From Acidobacteriota bacterium (GTDB taxonomy: Bacteria > Acidobacteriota > UBA6911 > JACQSX01), in NCBI GenBank assembly GCA_036507075.1, contig DASXQR010000017.1, forward strand, positions 100,567 through 164,566: 64,000 nucleotides of DNA, written 5' to 3'. Within the stretch, counting starts at the first letter, position 1; every line of letters starts with the position of its first letter. The notes under the pieces are model-generated. The model saw only the letters and a program-made list of their open reading frames with translations. It was not told the DNA's origin and did no database searches. The position numbers were made by a program, and so were the translations under genes. This document shows positions 1 through 9,222 of the stretch, piece by piece.

Positions 1-554
1 CTGGTCTGGCCGGGCAGCCCGAGTATCAGGTCAATGCTGATGTTCCGCACCCCGTCACGCCGCGCACGATCAACCGCAGCACGCGCGTCATCAGCGGTAT
101 GGGCGCGAGTCATTGCGGTAAGTTCGGCGTCATTGAAGGATTGAACCCCGATACTCAACCGGTTTATCCCGGCCGATCGGTAAAAGCCGATTCGCTGCGC
201 TTCCCGCGGAGACGGATTCATCTCCAGCGAGATTTCGGCTTCGGCCGCGACGGTGAACTTGCGCGCCAGTTCTTCAAGGATCTCGCCTATAAAGTGCTCG
301 GAAACTATAGAGGGAGTGCCCCCTCCGATGTAGATACTATCAACCGACCGGAGCAGCGACGGAACCTCGACGCAGTGAATCTCACGAATCAAGGCGGAAA
401 GGTAGCGCCTGACTACGGCCTCGTCAAAAACCGCGGTGGAAAAATCACAATAGTTGCATTTCGTGGCACAGAACGGAATGTGCACGTAAAGGCCGGAGAG
501 TGGTGACGACCTGCCTTCTGTCGCGTCCGGAAGAGCTTGAGAAAAATGCATCAT
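1..554 (-). CDS. hemW: Radical SAM heme chaperone / coproporphyrinogen III oxidase-like protein (runs off the window start)
   Basis: Manual minus-strand translation MMHFSQ...GLYVHIPFCATKCNYCDF (CxxxCxxC), ending ...NISIDLILGLPGQ at the window edge; not in the ORF track. Confidence 0.9.
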   Translation of the reverse strand, partial: MMHFSQALPDATEGRSSPLSGLYVHIPFCATKCNYCDFSTAVFDEAVVRRYLSALIREIHCVEVPSLLRSVDSIYIGGGTPSIVSEHFIGEILEELARKFTVAAEAEISLEMNPSPREAQRIGFYRSAGINRLSIGVQSFNDAELTAMTRAHTADDARAAVDRARRDGVRNISIDLILGLPGQT

Positions 555-565
555 GAATTTAGGGG

Positions 566-638
566 GCACGAATTACGCGAATTACACGAATTTCACGAAT
601 CTTTTAAAATAAATTCGTGAAATTCGTGAAATTCGTGC
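566..638. repeat. Foldback of 9-nt tandem units (CACGAATTT / AAATTCGTG)
   Basis: gcacgaattacgcgaattacacgaatttcacgaat ... attcgtgaaattcgtgaaattcgtgc. Confidence 0.85.
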
Positions 639-1292
639 TCAACTCGTGCTCAACTCTCCACGATCCAGGAAGCTGTAATAGCAACCGTCCCCGATGATAA
701 CATGGTCCAGCACCCTGACTCCGAGCAGTTGGCCGCACTTTACGAGTCGTTCCGTGATTTGTCGATCTTCCGCACTCGGTTCGGGATCCCCGCTCGGATG
801 GTTGTGAAGAAAGATCACAGCCGCAGCGCTATGGCGTACCGCCGGAGTGAATACTTCACGCGGATGCACCAGAGAAGCTGTAAGCGAACCTTCCGAGACG
901 ACTTCATCGCGAATTACCCGGTTTTTTCCATTGAGCAGCAACAGAAGGAAGATCTCGTGTGTCCGGCCCCGAAAATAGTCGCGGTAGTGCTCAAACAATT
1001 GTCTGCTGTTGCGGAAAGGACCCGGAAGGAGCACAGGTTCCTGGACCTTTCGCACCAACATCTGAAAGGCGGAAACCCGGGAGCTTTCGATCCCGAGGGC
1101 TTTCAACTCCTCGACAGTGACCGTAAGCAGTCCGCGCATTCCGAAGCCAGCCAGAAAGATCCGACATTCCAGCTCGTTCCAGTGGAAAAGCTCTGACAGA
1201 GCTGAAACGGATTCCTTTTCGGGCGATTCCTGGCGCAGCACTCGCATGCCATACTCAACCGGGCACCCTGAAAATCTGCGAAACTTTTTCAT
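639..1292 (-). CDS. radC: RadC-family JAB domain protein
   Basis: GSLTASLVHPREVF, HNHPSGDPEPSAED, VLDHVIIG motifs. Confidence 0.92.
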   Translation of the reverse strand: MKKFRRFSGCPVEYGMRVLRQESPEKESVSALSELFHWNELECRIFLAGFGMRGLLTVTVEELKALGIESSRVSAFQMLVRKVQEPVLLPGPFRNSRQLFEHYRDYFRGRTHEIFLLLLLNGKNRVIRDEVVSEGSLTASLVHPREVFTPAVRHSAAAVIFLHNHPSGDPEPSAEDRQITERLVKCGQLLGVRVLDHVIIGDGCYYSFLDRGELSTS

Positions 1293-1451
1293 GAAGAAGA
1301 ACCAGCCGCTGATTTACACGAATTGACCCGGATAGAAGCGGGCCGCGAATTTGCGCAAATAATGCTGATTAATATCAGGTCGAGGGATGGGCCCGGTTAC
1401 CCGGCCTAGTTCCTCTTTCTACCTGGCTTTCAGTATGCGTAGAATCAATGA

Positions 1452-2651
1452 ATGACTCTTCTTGCCGGCTCATCCGTGGCCACCGTCAGGCTGAAGAAGA
1501 AAGAGGACCTGCGCCTTGGTTCCGGGCATCTTTGGGTTTTTTCGAACGAAATCGCCGCACTCCAGAACAGCGATGGCGCGCTTCTGGCAAATTGTTATTC
1601 CGCCGGCGGGGTTTTCCTGGGAAGCGCGTTTTATTCCCCCCGCTCGTTGATTTCCTGCAGGCTGCTGGACCGGCGCCTGCCGTCGGAAGAGCTCACACTA
1701 CAGTGGCTTAAGGACCGCATGGGCGCGGCAATCGAGTTTCGGCGGCGCCTTTTTCCCGACGACAGCAGCGCCCGCTGGATCTTTGGTGAAAGCGACGGGC
1801 TGCCGGGAATTGTTGTCGACAGGTATGGCAACACCGCCGTGGTTCAGACATTCTGCGCCGCAGCCGATGCAATGCTTCACCCGATTGCCGAGATACTCGG
1901 CGCCGAGTTTGGAATGACAACCGTGGTGGAGCGCAACGAGTCGATTCTTCGCCAGCACGAGGAACTGGAAAGGCGACGAACGGTGTTGCTGGGCGCACAG
2001 CCCCAACTGACAGAAGTCACAGAGTGCGGCATTCGCTTCCTGGTGGACTTGTGGGGAGGGCAAAAAACCGGATATTTTCTCGACCAGAAGATGAATCGCA
2101 TCTTGGTTCGGAGTTTCTCCAGGGGATTGCGTGTCCTGGATTGCTACAGCAATGTCGGCGGGTTCTCGCTGAATGCAATTAGGGGAGGAGCTGCCGGTTC
2201 GACAGCGGTCGACGCGTCAAAGGAGGTATTGGAGCTGGCCCGCAGGAGTGCTTCTCTGAACGGCTGGGCCGATTCTCTGGAGACAGTTCATTCCGATGTT
2301 TTCGATTTTCTGCAAGCGGCGGGCGCCGAGCGGCGCCGCTTCGGTCTGGTGGTCCTGGATCCTCCGTCCTTTACAAGGAACCGCAAGAGCGTCCCCGCGG
2401 CGCGGAAGGCTTATATCAAACTGAACCAGCTGGGAATGTCGGTACTCGAGCCAGATGGGCTGCTCGTCACGGCCAGTTGTTCGCATCACATCACGGAAGA
2501 CACGTTCCAGGAAGCTGTCATGCAGGCGGCGCGCCGCGCGGGAAGGGAACTGCAGCAGATCGCTGTGCTCGTTCAATCACCGGACCATCCAGTGCTGCCG
2601 GGAATGCCGGAGACGAGATACCTCAAAGGGGGTGTGTATCGAGTCATTTGA
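1452..2651 (+). CDS. rlmI: Class I SAM-dependent rRNA methyltransferase (RlmI family)
   Basis: PUA-like GHLWVFSNEI, GESDGLPG, GQKTGYFLDQ, LDPPSF, YLKG. Confidence 0.88.
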   Translation: MTLLAGSSVATVRLKKKEDLRLGSGHLWVFSNEIAALQNSDGALLANCYSAGGVFLGSAFYSPRSLISCRLLDRRLPSEELTLQWLKDRMGAAIEFRRRLFPDDSSARWIFGESDGLPGIVVDRYGNTAVVQTFCAAADAMLHPIAEILGAEFGMTTVVERNESILRQHEELERRRTVLLGAQPQLTEVTECGIRFLVDLWGGQKTGYFLDQKMNRILVRSFSRGLRVLDCYSNVGGFSLNAIRGGAAGSTAVDASKEVLELARRSASLNGWADSLETVHSDVFDFLQAAGAERRRFGLVVLDPPSFTRNRKSVPAARKAYIKLNQLGMSVLEPDGLLVTASCSHHITEDTFQEAVMQAARRAGRELQQIAVLVQSPDHPVLPGMPETRYLKGGVYRVI

Positions 2652-2680
2652 TGAGCCGGGGGTGGCTTTGAGACGCGTCC

Positions 2681-2868
2681 AATGCGGAATGCGGAATAGG
2701 GAATAGATTTGGGAAATATGAAGCGGATTGGCAATTGCGCAATACGAAATTTGCCTAGGAATTGCTTCGATTATCGCGGTCTGACGATACATTCCATTTG
2801 ACACTCCGCAATTCGTATTTCAAACTTTTATTCCGCATTCCGCATTCCGCATTCCGCATTCCGCATTC
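2681..2868. repeat. GCGGAAT/ATTCCGC heptamer foldback element
   Basis: (GCGGAAT)n left arm, (ATTCCGC)5 right arm, between convergent genes. Confidence 0.9.
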
Positions 2869-2876
2869 GAGAAAGT

Positions 2877-5693
2877 TCACTTCAATCCTGCTCGTTCCAC
2901 CAGCCGGTCAAGGTTGCCGAAAGCCTGCACCAGCGACTGCTTGTCTACCAGCACAGACTCAAAGATGTCCCCCGTCCGGTCAAGTCTTTTGAAAATGGTC
3001 TTCATGTTGTAATCGGCAGGATCCAGATTCTTTCTGCCGATCTCGCGCCAGGTCATCGGAGTTGAAGCCGGAGCGCCGGTGCGGGGGCGCAACACGTAGG
3101 GTCCAACCACCGTCTTACCTCGAACATTCTGAAGGAAGTCGATGTAAACCTTGCCGGTCCGGTTCTTCACCGCCCGTTCCAGTGTCACAAGCCGGGGATA
3201 GCGCTGCACCATGATGTTTCCCAGCAGCTCTGCGAATTGGCGCGCCTGTTCGTAGGTGTATTCGGGCTGCAGCGGGACAAAGATGTGAATCCCGGTCGCT
3301 CCTGAGGTTTTCGGATAGGCGCGAAGGCCGATCATTTCCAGATACTCGTGGAGCTTCAGGGCAACCTCCTGGACCATCGAGAACGGGGCCTTTTCCGGAT
3401 CAAGATCAAACACGATGAAGTCCGGATTATCGAGACTCTGGACGCGGGAGCTCCACGGGTTGTGGGGGATGCAGGCCAGATTTGCCAGATAGAGCAGCGT
3501 GTCGCGATCATTGCAAATTGTGTAGTAGACATTCCGCCGGGTATCAGGGCTATAGATCTTTGCCCTTGGGATCCATTCGGGAAAGTAGTCAGGCGTGTTT
3601 TTCTGGTAAAAGGATTGGCCGTTTATGCCGTCGGGAAAGCGCTCCAGATTCAGCGGACGGTCGCGCAGGTGGGGCAGAATGATGGGCGCGATCCGGTCGT
3701 AAAAGGAAATCAAGTCTCTCTTCGTGTAACCGTCCTCGGGCCAAAGGACCTTGTCCAAGTTGGAAAATGCAATTTCATGTTCCGTGTGGAACTCATTTTC
3801 AACAGCGGAGCGGGAGCCGGCCTTACGAGAGGTCAAAGTCTTCCCCGCTTTTGCCCGCGTGGTTGTGACGCCGGACTTCTTTGCCGGGTCCTTCAGAGAC
3901 GCCGTGTCTGTCTTCTTCGCTTCCGATTTTTCAGTCCTGCGCGCACCCGAAGCCGTCTTTTTCGCCTCCGGTTGTCCTTCGCTGCCAAGCCGGGTCCTGG
4001 TGCTGCGCTTTTTCATACCGGCTGGTTTTCTAGCCTTGGCGGTGGCGCTTTCCTCAGCCAGGCGAACCGTCCGCTTCGAATCCTGTTCCTTCTCGCGGAC
4101 GCAGTTGAGGGGGTCTTTGTCTTCGCGCAATCCGAGGAACACGGGATGGCGAATCATTCCGTCGTGGGTCCATTCGGTGAAACGCACCTGCGCCACCAGT
4201 ACGGGTTTTACCCAGTGGACTTCGCGCAACCGCGGTGGATTGGAGAGCGGTGATTTCTCCACCTCGAGCTTCTTCAATTTGGCGTATATCTCCTTCAGTG
4301 TTGAAATCGTGAAGCCGCCGCCGGAACTGCCGGCAAATACCAGATTCTTCCGCTCGTCGTAGAGTCCCAACAGGAGGGAACCGAAATACTGGCGCGAACC
4401 CTTCGGCTCCGTGTAGCCCACAACCACAAACTCCTGCTGCAAGGTGCATCGTATTTTGAGCCACTGGCGGCTGCGTCTGGATTCATAGAAGCTGTTGCGT
4501 TCCTTGGCCATGATTCCTTCCAGGTGACGATCCGCTGCGGCGCGGAAAAAGGCCTTGCCGCGTTCTTCCACATGGTCGGAGTAAATCAGCCGGCCTGCCG
4601 ACGGTGAATTCCCGTTGGAAAGGATGACCTGCAGGATCTCTTTGCGTTTCCAGAGAGGAACTTCCGCCAGCAGGTAACCGTTGCAGTAAAGCAGATCGAA
4701 AATCACGAAGTGGACCGGCACGTCGCGCATTCGCGCTTCCACATCCGCTGCACGAGTCAAATGCATGCGCGGCTGCAGGCGTTGAAAGCTGGACAACCCG
4801 TTTTCATCCAGGGCCACAATCTCGCCGTCGAAAATCGCTTGGTTTAACGGCATCTCCTCCAGCGCTTCCCGAACTTCAGGGAAGCGATCTTTCATTTCAA
4901 GATCATTGCGCGAGAGCAGACGAATATTTTGGCCGTTTTTGTATGCCAGGGCGCGCACGCCGTCATATTTGATTTCAAACAGCCATTGCGGGGAATCGAA
5001 CGCTTCCTCAACCAGCGTAGCCAGCATCATGCCGATTCGCCTGGGCATCGGTTCTTTCTTGCCGGACTTAATATCCAGTTTCTCCAATTGTTTTTCAGTC
5101 GGCGTATGCCACTGGCGGGCACCCTTGCTTTTTTCCAGTTGCTCGATGGTCTTTCCCGACTTGACCGACTCGGGACGTTCGGCGGTAATGTCAACATCAG
5201 GGTTGGCTGTCTCGTCTCCCTTTTTGAACAACAGCCAATCCTTGCTGGTCCGTCCTCTGGTACGAACCAGGATCCAGACGCCTTTCAATTTCTTTCCATG
5301 GAAGAGAATGTGCAGCTTGCCCTGTTCCCACGCCGTTTGAGGATCCGGGAAATCATAATCTGTCAATTCGTACGTCCCCTTATCCCATACGATCACCGTT
5401 CCGGCGCCGTAGTTTCCTTCGGGAATAGTGCCCTCGAAATCTCCGTAGTCCAGGGGATGATCTTCAACCTGAACGGCCAGTCTCTTCTCGCGCGGATCAT
5501 AAGAAGGACCCTTAGGCACAGCCCAACTGCGAAGCACTCCTTCCATTTCCAGGCGCAAGTCATAGTGCAGCCGCGTAGCCTTGTGTTTTTGGATCACAAA
5601 CGTAAGTTTCCGGGGTTTGGCCTTCTTGACCTTGCCGCGCGGCTCGGGAGTGGCGGAAAAATCCCGTTTCCTGGCGTAATCCTTCAGCGACAT
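2877..5693 (-). CDS. ligD: Multifunctional NHEJ DNA ligase D (phosphoesterase-ligase-polymerase)
   Basis: FVIQKHKATRLHYDLRLE (PE), EIKYDGVR (ligase), LERFPDG...KTSGATGIH (primase-polymerase). Confidence 0.96.
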   Translation of the reverse strand: MSLKDYARKRDFSATPEPRGKVKKAKPRKLTFVIQKHKATRLHYDLRLEMEGVLRSWAVPKGPSYDPREKRLAVQVEDHPLDYGDFEGTIPEGNYGAGTVIVWDKGTYELTDYDFPDPQTAWEQGKLHILFHGKKLKGVWILVRTRGRTSKDWLLFKKGDETANPDVDITAERPESVKSGKTIEQLEKSKGARQWHTPTEKQLEKLDIKSGKKEPMPRRIGMMLATLVEEAFDSPQWLFEIKYDGVRALAYKNGQNIRLLSRNDLEMKDRFPEVREALEEMPLNQAIFDGEIVALDENGLSSFQRLQPRMHLTRAADVEARMRDVPVHFVIFDLLYCNGYLLAEVPLWKRKEILQVILSNGNSPSAGRLIYSDHVEERGKAFFRAAADRHLEGIMAKERNSFYESRRSRQWLKIRCTLQQEFVVVGYTEPKGSRQYFGSLLLGLYDERKNLVFAGSSGGGFTISTLKEIYAKLKKLEVEKSPLSNPPRLREVHWVKPVLVAQVRFTEWTHDGMIRHPVFLGLREDKDPLNCVREKEQDSKRTVRLAEESATAKARKPAGMKKRSTRTRLGSEGQPEAKKTASGARRTEKSEAKKTDTASLKDPAKKSGVTTTRAKAGKTLTSRKAGSRSAVENEFHTEHEIAFSNLDKVLWPEDGYTKRDLISFYDRIAPIILPHLRDRPLNLERFPDGINGQSFYQKNTPDYFPEWIPRAKIYSPDTRRNVYYTICNDRDTLLYLANLACIPHNPWSSRVQSLDNPDFIVFDLDPEKAPFSMVQEVALKLHEYLEMIGLRAYPKTSGATGIHIFVPLQPEYTYEQARQFAELLGNIMVQRYPRLVTLERAVKNRTGKVYIDFLQNVRGKTVVGPYVLRPRTGAPASTPMTWREIGRKNLDPADYNMKTIFKRLDRTGDIFESVLVDKQSLVQAFGNLDRLVERAGLK

Positions 5694-5827
5694 AGGCTCA
5701 TTTTAGTTGAACGGGTCCAGCGTGGGGTTAAGAATCATGCGGGAGTGAAGTGATATTTTCGGGGTAGAAACGCGACGCGCCTGAGATGGCCGCGATATGT
5801 CGCGTCCCTGGAGTTTCTATACTTGGG

Positions 5828-5919
5828 GCGGAGAGACGGCCCGAGGGCCGTCTCCGGGATGTCCCGGGATTGCCCTGCCGTCGACTTCGCCCGAGACGGC
5901 CATCGGACCGTCTCTCCGC
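5828..5919. repeat. REPIN-like doublet of GGAGAGACGG-hairpins, copy 1
   Basis: Two inverted hairpins with a ~40-bp spacer; near-identical inverted copy at 17176-17265. Confidence 0.85.
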
Positions 5920-5973
5920 GTGACCAACACACAGGGGCGCGATGTATCGCGGTTCGCCGATTTTCAGCCTTGA

Positions 5974-8900
5974 TTAAACCACTTTGCGCGTATCAACGCG
6001 GGTGACAGGTTCGGATCCTTTGACGGGCGCCATTGCGGGCCTGCGGCGGAAGCGGCCCATGACGTCGCGTCCGGAGCGCCCCAGCCGGCGCCAGTGAAGT
6101 GTCGCGGCCAGATCATCCAGGTAGGAATAAGCCACCGGAGTTGCCAGCAGCGTGAGCAGCAGCGACAGCGATTGACCCCCGATGACCACCATCGCAATGG
6201 CTCGACGTTCCTCGGCGCCCGGACCGGTCCCGACGGCCAGCGGCAGCATGCCGGCCACCAGCGCCAGCGTGGTCATAAGAATCGGCCGCAATCGGTCGCG
6301 GTTGCCCTGCATGATGGCTTCCAGCCGGTCCATTCCGGCGGCCCGCAGATTGTTCATGTGATCAATCTGCAGGATGGCGTTCTTTTTAACGACGCCAAAC
6401 AACACCAGAATGCCCAGCGCGGAATACAGATTGAGAGTGTTGCCGGTCGCCCAAAGCGACAGCAGCGCAAAAGGAACGGAAAGCGGAAGGGACAACAGGA
6501 TGGTGAACGGATGCATCAGGCTCTCGAACTGCGACGCCAGAATCATGTACATGAAAATGACCGACAGCAGGAATGCAAAAAGGAATTCCGTAAAAGTGCG
6601 CTCCAGTTCCCGCCCCTTTCCGGCAACGGTTGTGGTGTAGGAAGACGGCAAATTCATTTCCGCCGCCGCCTTTCTTAATGCGGCGATTCGGTCCGCCAGG
6701 GCATAGCCGGGCCCCACCGAGGCACGCAAACTGGCCATGCGCTGCCGGTCCAACCGGTCAACGCGCGTGGCCGTACGCGCCGGAACTATGCGCACCACGC
6801 TGTCAAGGCGAACCAGATCGCCGCCCTGGCGCGGAACGTAGAGCAGGCCGATGGTGTTTCGATTATTTCGGTCTTTTTCCGACAGTCGAAGCTGTACGTC
6901 GTAGTCGTCATTTACGGAGGCGTCACGGAACCGCGACACCCTCTGATCCCCGCCAACCATCAGGCGCAGCGCGGTGGCTATATCCTCGGTGCTGACGCCC
7001 AGGTCCGCTGCGCGAGCGCGGTCGATTTCCACCCGCAGCTCCGGTCTATCAAGTTTAAGAGTCGTGTCGGCGTCAACGATACCGCCCAGTTGCTGGGCTT
7101 TGTCACGCAGCCTTGCGATATAAAGGGCCAGTGAATCCAGGTCCGGTCCGCGCAGTACAAAATCAATTTCCGAATAGCCGCCGCCGATATTGAAAGAAGG
7201 CGCGTTGCGGACGGAACATCGCAGGTCGCGGAATTTCCGCAGCCGCCTGCGGATTTCGACCATCACGTCGCGCTGCGAGTAATTCCCTTCAAAGGCTTGC
7301 AGCGGTTTTCCATGAAGGATTCCACGCCACAAGCGCGGGAGAGAAAAGATGCGTTCGTCATGGGGAGCGATCCGAACATATCCGCGGCCCTCGTTTACCC
7401 CGCTGATGTAGCTTCCTCCAACACCCGCCAGCACCAGTCGGACACCGCGAACCGAGCGGATTTCACGCTCCACTTTCTGCATCACATCATCCATGGATGC
7501 CAGGCTGGTACCTTCCGGGGCATTGATATTGACGTCAAACTCGGCCTCGTCAACATCGGTCGGAATGTATTCCTGCCTCACCTGTCGGTAGAGCGGAACT
7601 GAAGAAGCGATTACCACCAATGCCAGCAGCGCCACGATCAGGCGGTGGCGCATGGTCACGGCAAGCAGCCGGCTGTAGGTGCGATCGATCCAGCCGTAGA
7701 AGCCCATTCTGGATCGTGCAGCCTGCTGGGTGCTGGCTGCATCCTGGGAGCGCAGCAATCGCGCGCTCATCATGGGCGTGAGCGTAAAGGAAACCAGCAA
7801 GCTGACCATCACCGCGACGGCCGCGGTGATTCCAAACTGGTAGAGAAACCGTCCTGAGATGCTGGACATGAACGAAACGGGCACAAATATGACGACCAGG
7901 CTCAAGGTTGTGGCCATGACCGCCAGCCCGATTTCCGCGGTCGCCGCGCGCGCGGCCTCAAAAGGACGGATCTTCTTTTCCTCTACGAAGCGGAAAATGT
8001 TTTCCAGGACGACGATGGCGTCATCGATAACGATTCCCACCATCAGAACCAGCGCCAGCATCGTGACGCTGTTCATCGTGAAATCCAGCGCGCGCATCAT
8101 GCCGAAAGTCGAGATTACGGAAGCGGGAATCGCCACGCCGGCGATCAGCGTCGATCGCCAGTTGCGCATAAACGCCAGCACCACCAGGCATGCCAGAATG
8201 CTGCCCAAAATCAGATGAATAGTGATTTCGTGCAGCGCTTCGTAAATGTAGCGCGACTGATCGCGAATGGGCATCAGCTTGATGTCGGCGGGCAATTGGG
8301 ATTCGATGCGGCGCATATTCGCCTTGACCGCTTCGATCACCGCCACTGTGTTGGCGCCCGACTGGCGGCGGACCTCCAGCGTGACGGTAGGCACTCCGTT
8401 CAGGCGCGAGGTGCTGCGCTGCTCTTTGGTCCCGTCTTCCGCCCACCCGATGTCCTGCACCCGGACCGGAGTCCCGTTGATGGTTGTGATTACCAGATCG
8501 TTGAATAATTTCGGATCCACGATCCGTCCCATGGTTCGTAGCGTGTGCTCGTTGACAGCGCCGGTGATATTCCCTCCGGGAATGTCGGCATTCTGGCGGA
8601 CCAGAGCATTGCGAATCTGCGTGATGGGAATCTGGTACGCAGCCAGTCGATCGGCATCGACCCAGATATTGATGGCGCGCTGCAGGCCGCCCTGCATGCG
8701 GATTTCTCCCACTCCCTCGGAGCGCTCCAGTTGCTGGCGCACCACTTTGTCGGCGATCTCTGTCAGCTCCCGCAGCGGACGAGGGCCGGATACGGCGATG
8801 GTCAAAACCGGGGTGGAGTCGTTGTCAAATTTGCTCACGATCGGAGGATCCGCGTCACGCGGAAGATCACGAACGACAGTCGCTACACGATCGCGAACGT

Positions 8901-9222
8901 CCTGCGCGGCCGTATCGATGTCCCGATCCAGGTTGAAAGTGGCGATGACAAAAGAAGTTCCTTGTCCGGACACGGAGCGCAGCTCACTGATGCCTTCAAC
9001 GGTATTGACGGCTTCCTCAATGCGCTGTGAGATTTCGGCTTCAGTTTCTTCAGGAGAGGCCCCGGGCAAAAAAGTACGGGTGGCCACAGTGGGGAGGTCC
9101 ACGGATGGAAAGCGGTCTACCCCGAGGCGAAAGTAGCTGTCAGTACCCACGACAACCAGCGCGAGGATCAGCATGGCGGCAAAGACAGGGCGCTTTATGC
9201 AGACTTCAGCGAGCTTTTGCAT
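5974..9222 (-). CDS. RND efflux transporter permease (AcrB/AcrD/AcrF family)
   Basis: IKRPVFA start, GIVIDDAIVVLENI, SFTLTPMM, RLRPILMTT. Confidence 0.95.
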   Translation of the reverse strand: MQKLAEVCIKRPVFAAMLILALVVVGTDSYFRLGVDRFPSVDLPTVATRTFLPGASPEETEAEISQRIEEAVNTVEGISELRSVSGQGTSFVIATFNLDRDIDTAAQDVRDRVATVVRDLPRDADPPIVSKFDNDSTPVLTIAVSGPRPLRELTEIADKVVRQQLERSEGVGEIRMQGGLQRAINIWVDADRLAAYQIPITQIRNALVRQNADIPGGNITGAVNEHTLRTMGRIVDPKLFNDLVITTINGTPVRVQDIGWAEDGTKEQRSTSRLNGVPTVTLEVRRQSGANTVAVIEAVKANMRRIESQLPADIKLMPIRDQSRYIYEALHEITIHLILGSILACLVVLAFMRNWRSTLIAGVAIPASVISTFGMMRALDFTMNSVTMLALVLMVGIVIDDAIVVLENIFRFVEEKKIRPFEAARAATAEIGLAVMATTLSLVVIFVPVSFMSSISGRFLYQFGITAAVAVMVSLLVSFTLTPMMSARLLRSQDAASTQQAARSRMGFYGWIDRTYSRLLAVTMRHRLIVALLALVVIASSVPLYRQVRQEYIPTDVDEAEFDVNINAPEGTSLASMDDVMQKVEREIRSVRGVRLVLAGVGGSYISGVNEGRGYVRIAPHDERIFSLPRLWRGILHGKPLQAFEGNYSQRDVMVEIRRRLRKFRDLRCSVRNAPSFNIGGGYSEIDFVLRGPDLDSLALYIARLRDKAQQLGGIVDADTTLKLDRPELRVEIDRARAADLGVSTEDIATALRLMVGGDQRVSRFRDASVNDDYDVQLRLSEKDRNNRNTIGLLYVPRQGGDLVRLDSVVRIVPARTATRVDRLDRQRMASLRASVGPGYALADRIAALRKAAAEMNLPSSYTTTVAGKGRELERTFTEFLFAFLLSVIFMYMILASQFESLMHPFTILLSLPLSVPFALLSLWATGNTLNLYSALGILVLFGVVKKNAILQIDHMNNLRAAGMDRLEAIMQGNRDRLRPILMTTLALVAGMLPLAVGTGPGAEERRAIAMVVIGGQSLSLLLTLLATPVAYSYLDDLAATLHWRRLGRSGRDVMGRFRRRPAMAPVKGSEPVTRVDTRKVV

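Noticed and set aside
99..506. 135-aa plus-strand ORF
   Set aside because: Antisense to hemW
639..1292. radC as a marker of a mobile element
   Set aside because: Flanked by hemW and rlmI with no mobility genes
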